A DNA stretch of 64,000 nucleotides, taken from contig NC_090404.1 of the NCBI RefSeq assembly GCF_036365525.1, positions 11,312,550-11,376,549 on the forward strand. The letters are read 5' to 3'. Both the position numbers and the translations under genes were made by a program. The notes beneath the pieces were generated by a model. That model made no database searches. It was given only the letters and a program-made list of their open reading frames with translations, and was not told the DNA's origin. The first letter of the stretch is position 1. Every line of letters begins with the position of its first letter. Of the stretch, positions 33,945 to 47,950 are shown piece after piece. The stretch comes from Heterodontus francisci (Eukaryota).

Positions 33945-35762
33945 TGTCTGTTTTTGCGCTAACAGGTGAGGTCCCAGAGGACTGGAGAATAGCCAAAGTT
34001 GTTCCTTTGTTTAAGAAGGAGAGCAAGGATAATCCAGGAAATTATAGGACGGTGAGCCTTACGTCAGTGGCAGGGAAATTATCAGAGAGGATTCTTCGGG
34101 ACAGGATTTACTCCCATTTGGAAACAAACGAACTTATTAGCAAGAGGCAGCATGGAGTTGTGAAGGGGAGGTCATGACTCACTAATTTGATTGAGTTTTT
34201 TGGGTGGCGCAGTGTTTAGCACCGCAGCCTCACAGCTCCAGGGACCCGGGTTCGATTCCGGGTACTGCCTGTGTGAAGTTTGCAAGTTCTCCCTGTGTCT
34301 GCGTGGGTTTTCTCCGGGTGCTCCGGTTTCCTCCCACAAGCCAAAAGACTTGCAGGTTGACAGGTAAATTGGCCATTATAAATTGTCACCAGTATAGGTA
34401 GGTGGTAGGGAAATATAGGGACAGGTGGGGATGTTTGTTGGGAATATGGGATTAGTGTAGGATTAGTATAAATGGGTGGTTGATGTTCGGCACAGACTCG
34501 GTGGGCTGAAGGGCCTGTTTCAGTGCTGTATCTCTAATCTAATCTAAAGTGACAAAGATGATTGATGAAGGAAGAGCAGAGGATGTTATCTATATGGACT
34601 TCATTAAGCCTTCGACAAGGTCCCTCATGGCAGACTAGTCCAAAAGGCGAAGTCACATGGGATCAGAGCTGTGCTGGCAAGATGGATGCAGAACTGGCTC
34701 GGTCATAGAAGACATACGGGAGCAGTGGAAGGGTGCTTTTCTGAATGGAGGGCTGTGACTAGTGGTGTTCCGCAGGGATCAGTGCTGGGATCTTTGCTCT
34801 TTGTAGTATATATAAATGATTTGGAGGAAAATGTAGCTGGTCTGATTAGTAAGTTTGTGGACGACACAAAGGTTGGTGGAGTTGCGGATAGTGATGAGGA
34901 TTGTCAGAGGATACAACAGGATATAGATCGGTTGGAGACTTGGGCAGAGAAATGGCAGATGGAGTTTAATCCGGCCAAATGTGAGGTTATGCATTTTGGA
35001 ATGTCCAATGCAGGTGGGAAGTATACAGTAAATGGCAGAACCCTTAGGAGTATTGACAGGCAGAGAGATCTGGGCGCACAGGTTACTGAAAGCGGAAACA
35101 CAGGTGGATAAGGTAGTCAAGAAGGCATTCGGCATGCTTGCCTTCATCGGTCGGGGCACAGAGTATAAAAATTGGCAAGTCATGCTGCAGCTGTACATAA
35201 CCTTAGTTAGGCCACACTTAGAATATTGCGTGCAATTCTGGTCACCACACTACCAGAAGGACGTGGAGGCTTTGGAGAGGGTACAGAAGAGGTTTACCAG
35301 GATGTTGCCTGGTCTGGAGGGCATTCGCTATGAGGAGAGTTTGGATAAACTCGGATTGATTTCACTGGAACGACGGAGGTGGAGGGCGACATGATTGAGG
35401 TTTACAAAGTTATGAGCGGCATGGACAGAGTGGATAGTCAGAAGCCTTTTCCCAGGGTGGAATCGTCGGTTACGAGGGGACATAGGTTTAAGGTGAAAGG
35501 GGCAAAGTTTAGAGGGGATGTGCGAGGCAAGTTCTTTATGCAGAAATTGTTGAGTGCCTGGAACTTGCTGCGGGGGGAGGTAGTGGAAGCAGGTACAATA
35601 GCGACGTTTAAGAGGCATCTTGACAAATACATGAATAGGATGGGAATAGAGGGATATGGGTCCCCGGAAGAGCAGAAGGTTTTTGTTTGGGCAGGCATCA
35701 CGATCAGCGCAGGCTTGGAGGGTCGAATGGCCTGTTTCTGTGCTGTACTTTTCTTTGTTCTA
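33945..35762 (+). mobile_element. 5'-truncated CR1 LINE with nested HE1 SINE (34202-34546)
   Basis: [46 protein letters not shown]; the SINE has A/B boxes and a (tctaa)n tail. Confidence 0.92.
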
Positions 35763-35845
35763 ACACTCTCCTGTAATAAATACTGACACTCCTCTTTTCT
35801 CCCCACTCTGCCCGCTGTTCCGTTCACCTTGTCACATTGAGGCAG

Positions 35846-36385
35846 TGTTTTTGTACGAGGCTCCCTCTGGGTCCTGTCACTGTGTCTCTCAGCCCGCAGT
35901 AATACATCGTGCTGTCAGACAGCCGCAGGTCGCGGATGGTGAAATTCCCCTCACTTTTCGAAGTGTCGACAGATGCAGAAAATCGATCCTCCACACTCTC
36001 TGCTCTGTAGTTGGGGATGCAGATGAGGAATGTGGGGCCTTTATCCCGGTCCTGACGGTACAGTTGTAAGGAATAGGAAGTAGCAGTGGTCGAATAGCTG
36101 TAATTAATGGTCAGCGAGTCTCCTTCAAACTGCATCACTGTAACCGGCCCCTGTGAGACCGAGTCTGCACCACTAACACCTGCAGAAATTTAGAAATACA
36201 GAACTTTAAGGTTCTGTTATCATTTAAATTCTAACTAAAATCATCAGGCAACTGAATACATTTTAAATCGAAATCACAATTAAAAGGCGAATGATGCCTG
36301 AAAGAGGAAGATTGTGTAACTTGTAAACTTTACCCGTTAAGAGAGCTGCAGCTGTGAGGAACGAATACAAAGCAACAAGCAACAT
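35846..36385 (-). CDS. TCR alpha/delta-like V gene V1, copy 2 (leader 36385-36334, V exon 36179-35885, 23-RSS 35884-35846)
   Basis: As copy 1 but with five replacements, including a non-canonical Cys (FLICIPNY); still lacks Cys23 and Trp41. Confidence 0.85.
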
Positions 36386-36469
36386 GTTTGCAGAGAGTTG
36401 ATGGCGGATTTGAACAGAACTGGTGGAATCTGAAATTGTTTCAGTCAAGAGTTGGGAAGACGTTCATTC

Positions 36470-36602
36470 ACTTCCGGTCTCTCTACCGATTGGTTCATTC
36501 CTGAAACAGTCAATAGATGACGGCCAATCAGTTCAAGATCTTTTGTTCTCAAAGTTATCCAATCAGCTCACGGGTTCTTTGCTCTCCAATTTCATGACGT
36601 CA
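36470..36602 (-). promoter_or_regulatory. Candidate V1 promoter (ETS/CCAAT/CRE), copy 2
   Basis: Duplicate of 9693-9825. Confidence 0.65.
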
Positions 36603-36830
36603 GAGCGGGAAGCGGAAAATGAGTGAAATTGTTCCCCTGACAATAGGGAACTGGACGAGAATTAAACTCAGTGTTGGCCTTTAACAGTTTTGGTCAGTCT
36701 GTGACTGACACAGCATCTGCAATACACAAATGTGTCATTCGGCCAAACTGGTCTTTCATTTGGTTCCCGTCCAACTATCTGTTAACAATGCAGGTCCCAG
36801 ATATGATTCAGTGTGAGTAGGTCCTTTTAT

Positions 36831-37303
36831 GGTTTTAGTATGGACTGATTGCCCCTCTGGAACAGTGTGGGGTTCAGTGCAAAGTGCTGCACGGCAGAGT
36901 CAGAAACAAGTGCCTGGCAACTTTTAACGGAACATTTTTCTTTCCTTTTACCAAAACTGCAGAGAATCGATCCGGGAAATCGTGCGACATCTTCCTGCCC
37001 CATGCTGTATTTCCTCAGTAAATATCTCGGAGCTTCAGCGGGATACTAGATGTACCAGAAGAGGTAGGGAGTGTTCCTTGATGTGGAGTAACTGCAGTTC
37101 ACTATTGTAGTCGGTCCTTCTTGAACGGTTAATTCAGGTGCAGTCTGGGACACGAAGTCTCTTCCATTCGTTCCTGGAGCATAAACACACAAGGTGTCAA
37201 AGTTTTATGAGTAATTATAACCCATGGAACACACACTGACCAGTTAATGACAGACTCACCGGGCAGCAAGACTATTATTATCACTAAGGAACATGGAGAG
37301 CAT
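36831..37303 (-). pseudogene. V2 pseudogene, copy 2
   Basis: Duplicate of 10054-10526. Confidence 0.9.
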
Positions 37304-38117
37304 CCGGTGTCTGGTTTAGAGTCCAACGGAAAATAACATTATACTATAATTGTGTTGAACTTTCGAGTCTGATATTGGAGAATAAACTCAGATAATGGGG
37401 AGAGTTCATTTGACAGGATTGGCTGCTCTCTCAGAACTGACAATAGATGTGCGCCAAACAGTGTGAGCTGTGGTCCAGTTACTCATGTCTCCCAACAAAA
37501 CAAACCCTATCCTTGCCAAGCTGTGTGAGTGAGTCTTTCCCTCTTTCTTTCTCTTTCTCTCTCTCTCTCTCTCGTTCTTTTTCTCTTTCTCTCTCTTTGG
37601 TTCGATGGCTCGGCGTCACTCAATATGTTTAACTCGGCCTCTGTTGCTCTTTGCCTCTCGATGTGCGTGTCCCTCTGACTATCTGTGTGTTTGTGTGTGA
37701 GTGTGTATTTGTGTGTGTGTCCAGTTCTCACTCACTTTGTTTAACTCGGCGTCTTTCTGTCTCCATCTCTCTCTCCGTGTCTCACTTTATATGTCTCTCT
37801 TTTCAACTCGGCCTCACTCTGTCTGTTCAGCTCGCTGCCTCTCTCAATCCCCCTTTCTCTCTCACACGCTCTCTGTATCTCCCCTCTCTCCCTCAGTAAC
37901 ATGTGAAGCGGAAAATAATAGAAATCAGTCCCAATCCTTGTCATCACTGTCACAGCCATTACTAGTCACAGTCTAAGTACCCTGAGGGACATGATTAAGT
38001 GGATGTAACTCTGCACTGAAGTGCACTTAAAATGTCACCTGACAGATCTACACAACAACAGGACATGTACTTGCAGAAATTGATTCTATGAATCATCCCT
38101 GAAATTTGAAGGTCATT

Positions 38118-38289
38118 CACTGTGGGTCTCAGGAACCAGTAATACACGGCGCTGTCTGTGGCCTTGCAGCTTTCATGGACAAGGGAAATGTCCCTTGTGT
38201 TCGATTGACATTCCCACGAATGTGTTCAAAGCCAGGAGCCATATCGTTATAGCCAGAACTCTCGATTCCGAGCAGATAGTGAGGGGCTT
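38118..38289 (-). pseudogene. V3 fragment, copy 2
   Basis: Duplicate of 11341-11512. Confidence 0.75.
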
Positions 38290-38669
38290 GGTGTGGATAG
38301 TGCGTGTCACGGGCAAGGTTAGCATTTATTGCCCATTCCTAATTGCCCTTGACCAGGTACTGGTGAGCTGCCTTCTTTAAGCACTGTAGTTCGTGTGCTC
38401 CAGTTGGACCCATAGTGCTAGGATTTTCCGTCCCAGTTCTCTCTGTTATCCTGTTTCGAGTCAAGAAATGAGAAATAGCGCCAGCAGAGGGCGTGCCAGT
38501 GACTGTAACACATATGCATTGGATTGTTCCCTGGCCCTCAATGAAAGTATAAGAGATACTGACCTTCATACCCAGCGAAAAAATATCACCAGTTGCATGT
38601 GAGGATCATCCCAAAGTAAATCAGTTTTCCAGTAATATTCCTGATCCACCGAGTGCAGAAAGGAAGAAA

Positions 38670-39102
38670 ATGCATTGAATGAAATTGCAACTTTCACTTT
38701 GTTGATATTAGGTGAGTGTTTTGTGCAGAAAAGTGTTCGGCGTTGGAACATTTTTATCGTTTCTCTTGTATATCGGTAGCTATCGGCGGAGAGAATGTGA
38801 TCCACCAACCACAGCAGATGTTTACATAAGAGGGAGGAGAATCGATTGAAATCCAGTGCAGTGCAACCACCAGCGGCACCGACAGCATCCACTCGTACAG
38901 AGAGCTACAGAACCGTGGTCCCAGATTCAGGATATCTGCTATTAGCGGCAACGCCATTGATGGGCGGTTCAGACTCTTCATTGAGCCAACAAGATATTAT
39001 AACATTCTCGGTACTGACAACACCGCTTTATCTGACACTGGAGTGTTTTACTGTGCAGTGAGGCACTGTGAGACAAAGACTGAGCACTCCAATACAATAT
39101 CT
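38670..39102 (+). pseudogene. V4 pseudogene, copy 2
   Basis: Duplicate of 11893-12325. Confidence 0.9.
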
Positions 39103-41751
39103 GCTGCAGTTCCCGCTCAGACCATCTCCACACATCTACTTTTCTGTGTTGTCTGCTTTATGGGTGGATTTCCACAGGCTTCATCCATCCGATAAAGAAG
39201 GGGTTATTCAGACTGTCCTGAATGTGTTGTTTCCTTTGTGAGGTACAGTTCCACAGACTCCATTCATTCGGTTAGAAAAGGATTTTCCTGGATTCGAACA
39301 CTCAGCGCCAGGTCTGACCCTTTAGAGAGTCACTATCACAAAGGAACAGGATACTCCTGAATTCTCCCCATAAGAATGATGGGCACTTGCTGATATTCAA
39401 ACAACTGACATGTCCAGATTTGAACCGCTGGCAAAGGGAGCAGCGGATCAACAAGTTACCTCCTGACATCGGATGAGCAATATCCAGTTCCAGCCAATAG
39501 AAGAGCAGCAAACACATGTGACTGAGGCTTTAACTGGACGTCACTGAGTTGAAGATGCCGACAGTTCAATGTCTTCGCTCAGTTCGTGATCTTCTGCTGT
39601 GAACTGTGTGCCATTTTCTTATTGACATTTCAATTACAAGTATGTATTACTCGGTACCAGCGAATCTACTGCCCATCATTCTGGCGCTGCTCACATGTGG
39701 TCTGTAGTCTGGAAAACGCTCTGTTGGAGCAGGACAACAGATCCTCGCCCCACTGTACTGCCGATCTAATAACAAACAGGGAACAGCGGCAGCAATCTCT
39801 AAACCAGGGCAGGCAAGGAAGGTCAGAGAGACAGAGGGAAAACTGAAGCTATTGACGGGTTTGACCCAGTTTGAGCTACCTCAAGATTCTGTGCGACCCC
39901 AGAAATTGCGCAGTGACGCTCACATGAACTCAGTGTTGATTGAGTGGAAAGGGAGTTGGTTGGATGCCAGAATTCTGTTGCCAGGCAGCTCCTGCTCACT
40001 GTTCAAGTGATTGGGAACAAATAACTTGCGAGGGAAATGAAAAGATGGAAATATAGGATCATACAGCATCGAATGATGCCATTCGGCCCATCATACTGCA
40101 CAGGCTCTTTGAAAGAGCTATCACCTTAGTCTTACTCTCCATGCTCTTTCTACACACTGCACAGCCCCGCATTTTTCTCCGTTTGATAACACATACACTT
40201 CCTCCTTTGAAAATTACTACTGACTCTCCTTCCTCCATCCTTTCAGGCAGTGCATCCCAAATCATGAAAATCGCACTGTCAAAAATAAATCTCCTCTCCT
40301 CGGTCATTTTGTCAATTCCTGTAAATCTGTATCATTGTGAGGTCAAACTTCCTGTCATTGGAAACTGTTACACGCAATCTACTCTATCAAAAACCCATAT
40401 TTTAAACTCACAATTAAATCTTCCTTAGCCTTTGATATAAGGAGAACAATTGCAGCGTCCTGAACTTCTCACAAGTCCCTCATCCCTGGTACAAGTCTAT
40501 TACATCTCCCCTGCATCTTGGCAAGGCTATGAAACCCTCGAAGTAGCAGGGATTGAAATAACTTCTATCATTCGTTATTTCTCCTTAAAATTGGTTACAA
40601 GGATTCACGGATTCTTAAAATTGGCTTTGTAATAATGTGAGTATGATTCATATTCTTAAAAATAATAGTCCTTGATCTGATAGTTTAAGTTAAGTGGATA
40701 TTAGGACCCTGCGGCAGCCCACACGGCGGTGCTGAAAGGTCGATTAAACCATTAGCCATGTTTGCGTGTGCGGCTCTGCTCCCGAGGTCCCCCTTTGCCC
40801 TGAGCAGACCTTTCCCGTCTCCCTGCCAGTTTTCCTTTGACAGGTTTTATTTGATCAGATTGTATTGCTGGCTCAGAGACATTTTATACACATTGAACAG
40901 ATTTCACAAGGCAGTAGCTGTGATCTTTAAAACAAGTCCCAAGCACAGAGTTCCTCCAATGTCCATTGTCCTTCTGAGTGTCTCTTCATGCTCTGTCACT
41001 GCAACTGGAAACGGAATATTACAGACCTGGAAATCAATCATTAGTGAATTCAAACAGAATTTTAACTACAAACCACAGAAGGAAAGGGTGCGGGAAGCAT
41101 TTGTTTAAATGACAGGGAGAGTTTATTCTTTATGTATATTGTGTATCTCTGCCTGGATATTGACAATGCCTGGATATTGACAACTGTCTCATATTGGACT
41201 GGGGGAAGATGCCGGGTCTGAGGCTCCGTCCTTCAGATCAGATGTTTAACTGAGGCCCCGCCAGTATGGTCAGGGAGATGTTAAAGAATCCCCAGCAATA
41301 TTGGAATAAGAGCGGGGAGGAGGGACTCTCCCGGGCCCACATTCCACCCTCAACAAACACCACTCAATAAAAACACATGGAGCGACCTCCCAGCTCATTA
41401 CTGTGGGTGAAAGGAGGGCGGCAGCTTCTACTGACAGAACAACTCCCCCAGCCCCACCCCCTGTACATCAGACTAATGTGGGAGGGGATTTCACATCGGG
41501 ATCACAACCCCAATGAAGCGACAGAAAACTGCAGGTTCCCTCTTTAAACCTGTCGCTTATTCACACAACACACAGCCAGAGACCCGGGAACCGTGTGGCC
41601 CATCAATCATCTCCGGGACACTGCCCTCTGCAAATCAGTTCGACCCCTGAAGTATTTCAGTCCAGCTCTGAGGTCCAGTCTCCCAGAGCAGTCCAGGGCT
41701 GCAGTCTCCAGCTCCCCGTCATATAAACCATCAGCTCCAGGCAGCAGAACG

Positions 41752-42267
41752 ATGGGAATCCTCCTTGTTTTCACCCTGTGTGTCTGTTTACCCCGTGAGT
41801 ACCGATCAAACAAACCGACATTGTGTGGATTTAATATAAAGCTGCCCGAGTCCATCCGCATTACAGACACTGTCCCGGCTTTTAGCTCGTTATGTTTTTT
41901 GGCTTTGATGACCCATTAAACTCTCGCTGTTTAATTTCCAGGCTCTTTCAGTCAGTCAGTGACGCAGACCCCGGCAGCGGTGAGCAGGAAGGAGTGTCAG
42001 TCTCTCACCATCACCTGTGTTTATAATGGTGGTTATTGGGATTATACTTCCCGAAATGGCCATTTCTTCAGACAAACCCAGACCGGGACAAAGTAGGAGC
42101 AGATCTCCGGTGGAGGCCGATTTGATGTGTCGGTGAATAAGGGAGAAGAAACATTTTCTTCGGAAATTCAGGATGTGAGAGTTGATGACACCACCATCTA
42201 TTACTGTCAAGCTGAATACTGGTACAACACACAGTGATGGGCCTCAGCTTCCCACGGTACAAGATCT
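41752..42267 (+). pseudogene. VNAR-like (NAR-TCR-type) V with 22-RSS, copy 2
   Basis: Duplicate of 14975-15490; same TAG at 42094-42096. Confidence 0.88.
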
Positions 42268-42591
42268 CTCACTGCAGATTATAACAGAAACAAATGAAAA
42301 AGCGGAGTTAATCTGCCGTTAAACCACACAGTTCCACCTCGCACCGTCTCCCTCACAGTCCAGTTTATAATGAAACTGGATTATTGCCATTAACATCTTG
42401 AGTCTTCTAAATGCCGAGTGTGTGCGGATGGTGATGTCATTCCCGGGATTGGTGTCAGTGAATGGAGATTTGGAATGACTGATCCCAGTTACAAATCCCT
42501 AACACCAGATGGGATCCTGTTCTAACAACTGGAACCGGGAAGCACATTCCCCGCCATTAAACTAATGTCCCCACATCTCACCAAGTACTGG

Positions 42592-42662
42592 GGGATTTGT
42601 GTTAACTTGAAACATTTTGTTCAGTTGGGGAGGCCACAGTGGGAGAGACCAGAGAAAACACC
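42592..42662 (+). other. D segment (42620-42634) with flanking 12-RSSs, copy 2
   Basis: Duplicate of 15815-15885. Confidence 0.8.
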
Positions 42663-42985
42663 TCAGTATATTTTTGAGAAATTCCCCGGGCCCTGATCCT
42701 GAATTGAAGGGTTGATGTTATTCTCGCTCTAATCTGGTTTAATGTAATTATAACTTCCTCCTTTCTGTTATCTTTTTCTGTCTTTTTTCTCTCTTTATAT
42801 GAAGCGCCGAGCTCCGGCCCATGTTCCTGGGCCATTTTACTAAGAGCTCAGAGTCTCACAAAGAACAGTTTGATCCCAATGAAGAATGTGAAACATGGAA
42901 TATTGTTTATTGAAATAAAATCCCTGGAATAATTGGGCAGCGCCGACAGTCTGGTGATGTGTGACCGACAGAATGAGGTGTTGGT

Positions 42986-43077
42986 TGTTCTTGTACCGGG
43001 GTGACTGAGAGCGGTGTCACTGTGTTACGAGACTGGATACGTGGATGGATCCAGGATGGTGGTGACTGTCACAGAAG
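42986..43077 (+). other. J segment (43025-43077) with 23-RSS, copy 2
   Basis: Duplicate of 16209-16300. Confidence 0.85.
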
Positions 43078-44180
43078 GTAAGTGACTCCAAACGCCGATG
43101 TGTTACAGACTTTTCTAACCTTTTTTCCAGTTCTGATGAAAGTTCACAGACCTGAAACGTTAACTTTGCATTTCTGTCCACAGATGCTGCCTGACCTGCT
43201 GAATACTACCAGCATTCTTTTGCTTTTACTTCAGATTTCCAGCATCTGCATAATTTTGCTTTTAATTAACATTTCAGGTAGTGTGATCTGTATAATCCTG
43301 GCAGAGATCAACTTTTCCAGACAGACCCTGCGGGATAATTCCTGGGGTTTTACTCGCTAAAGCAATAGATACAATATAAGTGACATGGACATGTTCCCAT
43401 TGCGAGGAGCGTTGATACAGAGAGAATCCAACAGGAGGGAGATTGTTAAAGATGTGTGTGAGAGGACAGAGTGTGATCCAGGATCTTCACTCAGCCTCCG
43501 CACTGAACAACTTCTCTGTAATTTCAACCTCCGTTTTCTCTCCTCTCTCTCCCTCCTTTAAGCTCACTGCCCTCTGTTTCTCCCCAAATCTATCTCCTGA
43601 CATGTAAACTCTCCAGGCCATATTTCCACCCAATCCCAGACCTTCCCCGCTCCCCTTTCTCCCTTACTCTGGACTCGCTTTAAACCTGTTACATCTCTGA
43701 CCTTTATCCAGTTCTGAAGAAAGGCCACTCACTTGAAATGTTAACTCTCTTTCTCTCTCCAGATTTGCTGCCAGACCTGCTGAGGATTTCCAGCATTTTC
43801 TATTTGCATTTCAGATTTCCAACATCTGCAGTGAATTCAATTGCTTGAAGGATCATCTCCGGGTCGATGCCATTTGACCCGGCTCCCCAGGGAAAGAGGC
43901 TTCACTCAGGAGACTGCCACATGGCAGAGGGTCCATTGCAGACTGATTCAGTTTGGACTCTCCCATAACTGGGGGACAGGTTGTGAGACACAGAAAACTG
44001 CTACCTGGAAGATGACTCACTCTGGGTTGGGTGGAGCGTGGTTTGAGTGACAGACCTCATGCTATATCAGGACTGGTCTGAGCAATTGCTCCCTCTTTTG
44101 CTCCTGGAATAGACAGATACAGTCAGGTTGGTGAAGGTCCCTGGTTTTAAACTCTATCTCGCTCAACAGGTATTTTAAAT

Positions 44181-44687
44181 GTGTTGTGGGACTGTATGAG
44201 TTTGAGTGTGTCACTGAACTTTGTTGTGAAACTGTAAATTTGTGTGTCTGAGCTGTGTTGTGGGACTGTGAGTTTGTGTCTCTGAACTGTGCTGTGAAAC
44301 TGTAAATTTGTGTGTCTCTGAATTGTGTTGTGGGACTGTGTGAGTTTGTGTCTCTGAACTGTATTGTGAAACTGTGTGAGTTTGTGTGTCTCTGAGCTGT
44401 GTTGTGGGACTGTGTGAGTTTGTGTCTCTGAACCGTGTTGTGGGTCTGTGTAAATTTGTGTGTCTGAACTGTGTTTTGGGACTGTGTGAGTTTGTGTCTC
44501 TGAACCGTGTTGTGGGTCTGTGTAAATTTGTGTGTGTCTGAACCGTGTTTTGGGACTGTGTGAGTTTGTATGTGTCTGATCCGTATTGTGGGACTGTGTG
44601 AGTTTGTGTGTCACTGAACCGTGTTGTGGGACTGTGAGTTTGTGTGTGTCTGAACCGTGTTGTGGAACTGTGTGAGTTTGTGTGTCT
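44181..44687. repeat. TG-rich RSS-like minisatellite, copy 2
   Basis: Duplicate of 17404-17910. Confidence 0.9.
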
Positions 44688-46993
44688 GGACCCTGTTGCC
44701 CACTCCCGCGAGGCTGGACATGTATGGACCCCCTCGCAATCCCTCCACCCGCAATTTCTCGCCAGTCTTGTTACCCTCTATGAACAGACACCCCCCTCCC
44801 CCCGACCCCGCCGTATAATTACCCTCCTCAAGTGACTTGGTGCAATCGTGCAGACCGGGTAGTTGTGACCTGGCCGCGCGTTTCGCATCTCTCCCCTGTT
44901 TTTACATCACGCGAGTAAAACCCGGGAGAGATGGCAAGCAGGATCCCGGTTCATTCTCACTTGTACAACACCATGGCACTGAGTCCAAATCTCCCCCAGT
45001 GAGAGGTACCGAGACACAGAAACCAGAGATCCAGGGAGAAGGACAGAACAGAGTGAGAGAAATAAACGGAGCGGGAGGAACCAGTGATAGCAACTGAGGG
45101 CAGAGATAGCGAGAAATTGACAGAGAGAGGGAATGTCTGAAAGAGATGGGGGCAGAGAGAGAGAAAAGATGAAGAACTTTTAGAAATATAGAGGTACAGA
45201 GATATAAAGAAAGAAAGTGGAGAGGTTGAGATATGACCAGCCAGGGACCTGCAGAGATAAAGCTGCAGGAAGAGATGGAGAGGGTGAAATATAGACGTTA
45301 TATTGGGTGCTCTGGAGCAGCGGTTCTCAACCTTTGTGTCTCAGAGGGCCCCCCTCCCCCTCGTTGTTATAACTCCAAACCTTTCCTGTAGGTAAGATGA
45401 GAACACAGAGAAACAGATATTTTAATTAATATTCCCCTCTGGAAGAAGCTCTTCTCCAAGGATTCCTCTTGCCAAACCCTCTCTCTCTCTGCATCGATAT
45501 GTTGCAGCTTCTATAAAATTTCCTCAGAGAAAAGAAAAATGAAACTTTGGTGCAAAGAAAAGACTTAAAATTAAAAAAAACACAGCGAGAGCCCAGAATT
45601 CCTTTTCTCTCTGTCACTCACTAACATGGGCATTCTCAGCAACACCATTTACCCATTCCCCTCTAGAAAGAGGGAACAGATTTAAAATGCAAGAGGTGTT
45701 ATTAGGTGCTGAGATCTTTCCCATTGTCATGTTAATCCAGGTACCATATCTGCTTTGACCAGAGACATTCCAAGGAGCTGCTTTTTGATGATCTGTGAAC
45801 TTATTTCTATAAGACCATTGTTGAGAATAATTGCTGCATCTTTCAGCAAATCAACAGGAGGACAGTGACATGACCAAGCCCCAGTCAGTCCAGAAGCTGC
45901 TAAACTCTCTCTAAAACTGCCATTAAAGTGATCATTCCTTATCATTGTCCCAGGACTTATCATTGCAAATCAGACCTTCGGGATGGGTGTGAGAAGTGGG
46001 GGCTTCCCTACAGGCTGGTATCTGGGCAGTTCCAAAACACTGGAGACCCCCAGAGCCTGTCTCTCTTTCTGTTTAACCTGTTATTTCAATCAGTTTCTCT
46101 CCCTCTATTTCTCTGTCTCACCATCTGTTTATGCCTCATTGTAAAAACACAAACACTGGTGATTCCCCATGCCTCTCCTGTTTACTGCCCCTGTCCGCAC
46201 TCAGCCCATGTTTGGTGTTTTGTACATTCAATGTTACAGTGGGTAGAAGCTGCTGATTCCTTTTTAAATCGCTGTCCCAGGATTTATTGTCCATCTGGAA
46301 GGTGGGAGCTGGGCAATGATGATAGTGTAAAACCCCAAATCCTGTGTCTCTTCATCTCCCTGCCCCTCTGTTTTGCTGCCTCGTCCCATTTTTCCCTCTA
46401 TCGTTCCTTCCTCTTTCTCTCTCTCCCATTTCTCACATTCAGAGAGAAATATAGTGAGAGAGACAGACAGAGAAATCCACAATCCGAAACTCAGTAACAT
46501 GAGTTAAACTGGCTGCTGCACATTGCATTTAAACCTCAAAATTCATCGCACTGCCTAAAACTTGAGTATTAGTCAGGAATTATAACTGACCTTGTGAAAG
46601 CAGTCCTGACCTGGTGAAATTAGACAATTAATTAATTTTTGAAACATGATCATGGTTGCACAGTCTGAAATGCTGAACACAGCTGTACACAGCAAGATCC
46701 CACAAGCAGCAATGTGATAATATTCAGATAGATGGGAGCCACTCCTTCCCCATCCTCTCCCACTTATATTAACGACAAGTCACATCCCTGTCTGACATTT
46801 ACATTATTAATTAAAAGTTCAAGTAGCGAAAATGAGAGTAGGCTGAGGAGAAATAGAGAGGGTAAGAGAGAGACATGGAGAAATCCACAATCAAAACCTC
46901 AGTGACATGAATGGTTCATTTAACCCTCCGATTTCATTGCACTGTCTAAAGCACAAGCAATAATCTGAATTAATAACAAACCTTTCCACCATT

Positions 46994-47950
46994 GAACAAA
47001 GAACAAAGAAAATTACAGCACAGGAACAGGCCCTTCGGCCCTCCAAGCCTGCGCCGATCCAGATCCTCTATCTAAACATGTCGCCTATTTTCTAAGGTTT
47101 GTATCTCTTTGCTTCCTGCCCATTCATGTATCTGTCTAGATACATCTTAAAAGACACTATCGTGCCCGCGTCTACCACCTCCGCTGGCAACGCGTTCCAG
47201 GCACCCACCACCCTCTGCGTAAAGAACTTTCCACGCATATCCCCCCTAAACATTTCCCCTCTCACTTTGAACTCGTGACCCCTAGTAATTGAATCCCCCA
47301 CTCTGGGAAAAAGCTTCTTGCTATCCACCCTGTCTATACCTCTCATAATTTTGTACACCTCAATCAGGTCCCCCCTCAACCTCCATCTTTCTAATGAAAA
47401 TAATCCTAATCTGCTCAACCTCACTTCATAGCTAGCGCCCTCCATACCAGGCAACATCCTGGTGATCCTCCTCTGCACCCTCTCCAAACCATCTACATCC
47501 TTTTGGTAATGTGGCGACCAGAACTGCACGCAGTATTCCAAATGTGGCCGAACCAAAGTCTTATACAACTTTAACATGACCTGCCAACCCTTGTATTCAA
47601 AACCCCGTCTGATGAAGGAAAGCATGCCGTATGCCTTCTTGACCACTCTATTGACATGCGTTGACAACTTCAGGGAACAATGGACCTGAACACCTAAATC
47701 TCTGGACATCAATTTTCCCCAGGACTTTTCCATTTACTGTAAATTTCACTCTTGAATTGGATCTTCCAAAATGCATCACCTCGCATTTGCCCTGATTGAA
47801 CTCCATCTGCCATTTCTCTGCCCCACTCTCCAATCTATTGAAATTCTGCTGTATTCTCTGACAGTCCCCTTCACTATCTGCTACTCCACCAATCTTAGTG
47901 TTGTCTGCAAATTTGCTAATCAGACCACCTATACTTTCCTCCAAATCATT
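46994..47950 (-). mobile_element. 5'-truncated CR1 LINE, copy 2
   Basis: Duplicate of 20217-21173. Confidence 0.92.

Larger units (their letters stand above)
9500..36276. repeat. Segmental tandem duplication, unit 1 (26,777 bp)
   Basis: ORFs recur at exactly +26,777 (22455->49232; 9486->36263->63040). Only a handful of substitutions were noticed between units. Confidence 0.97.
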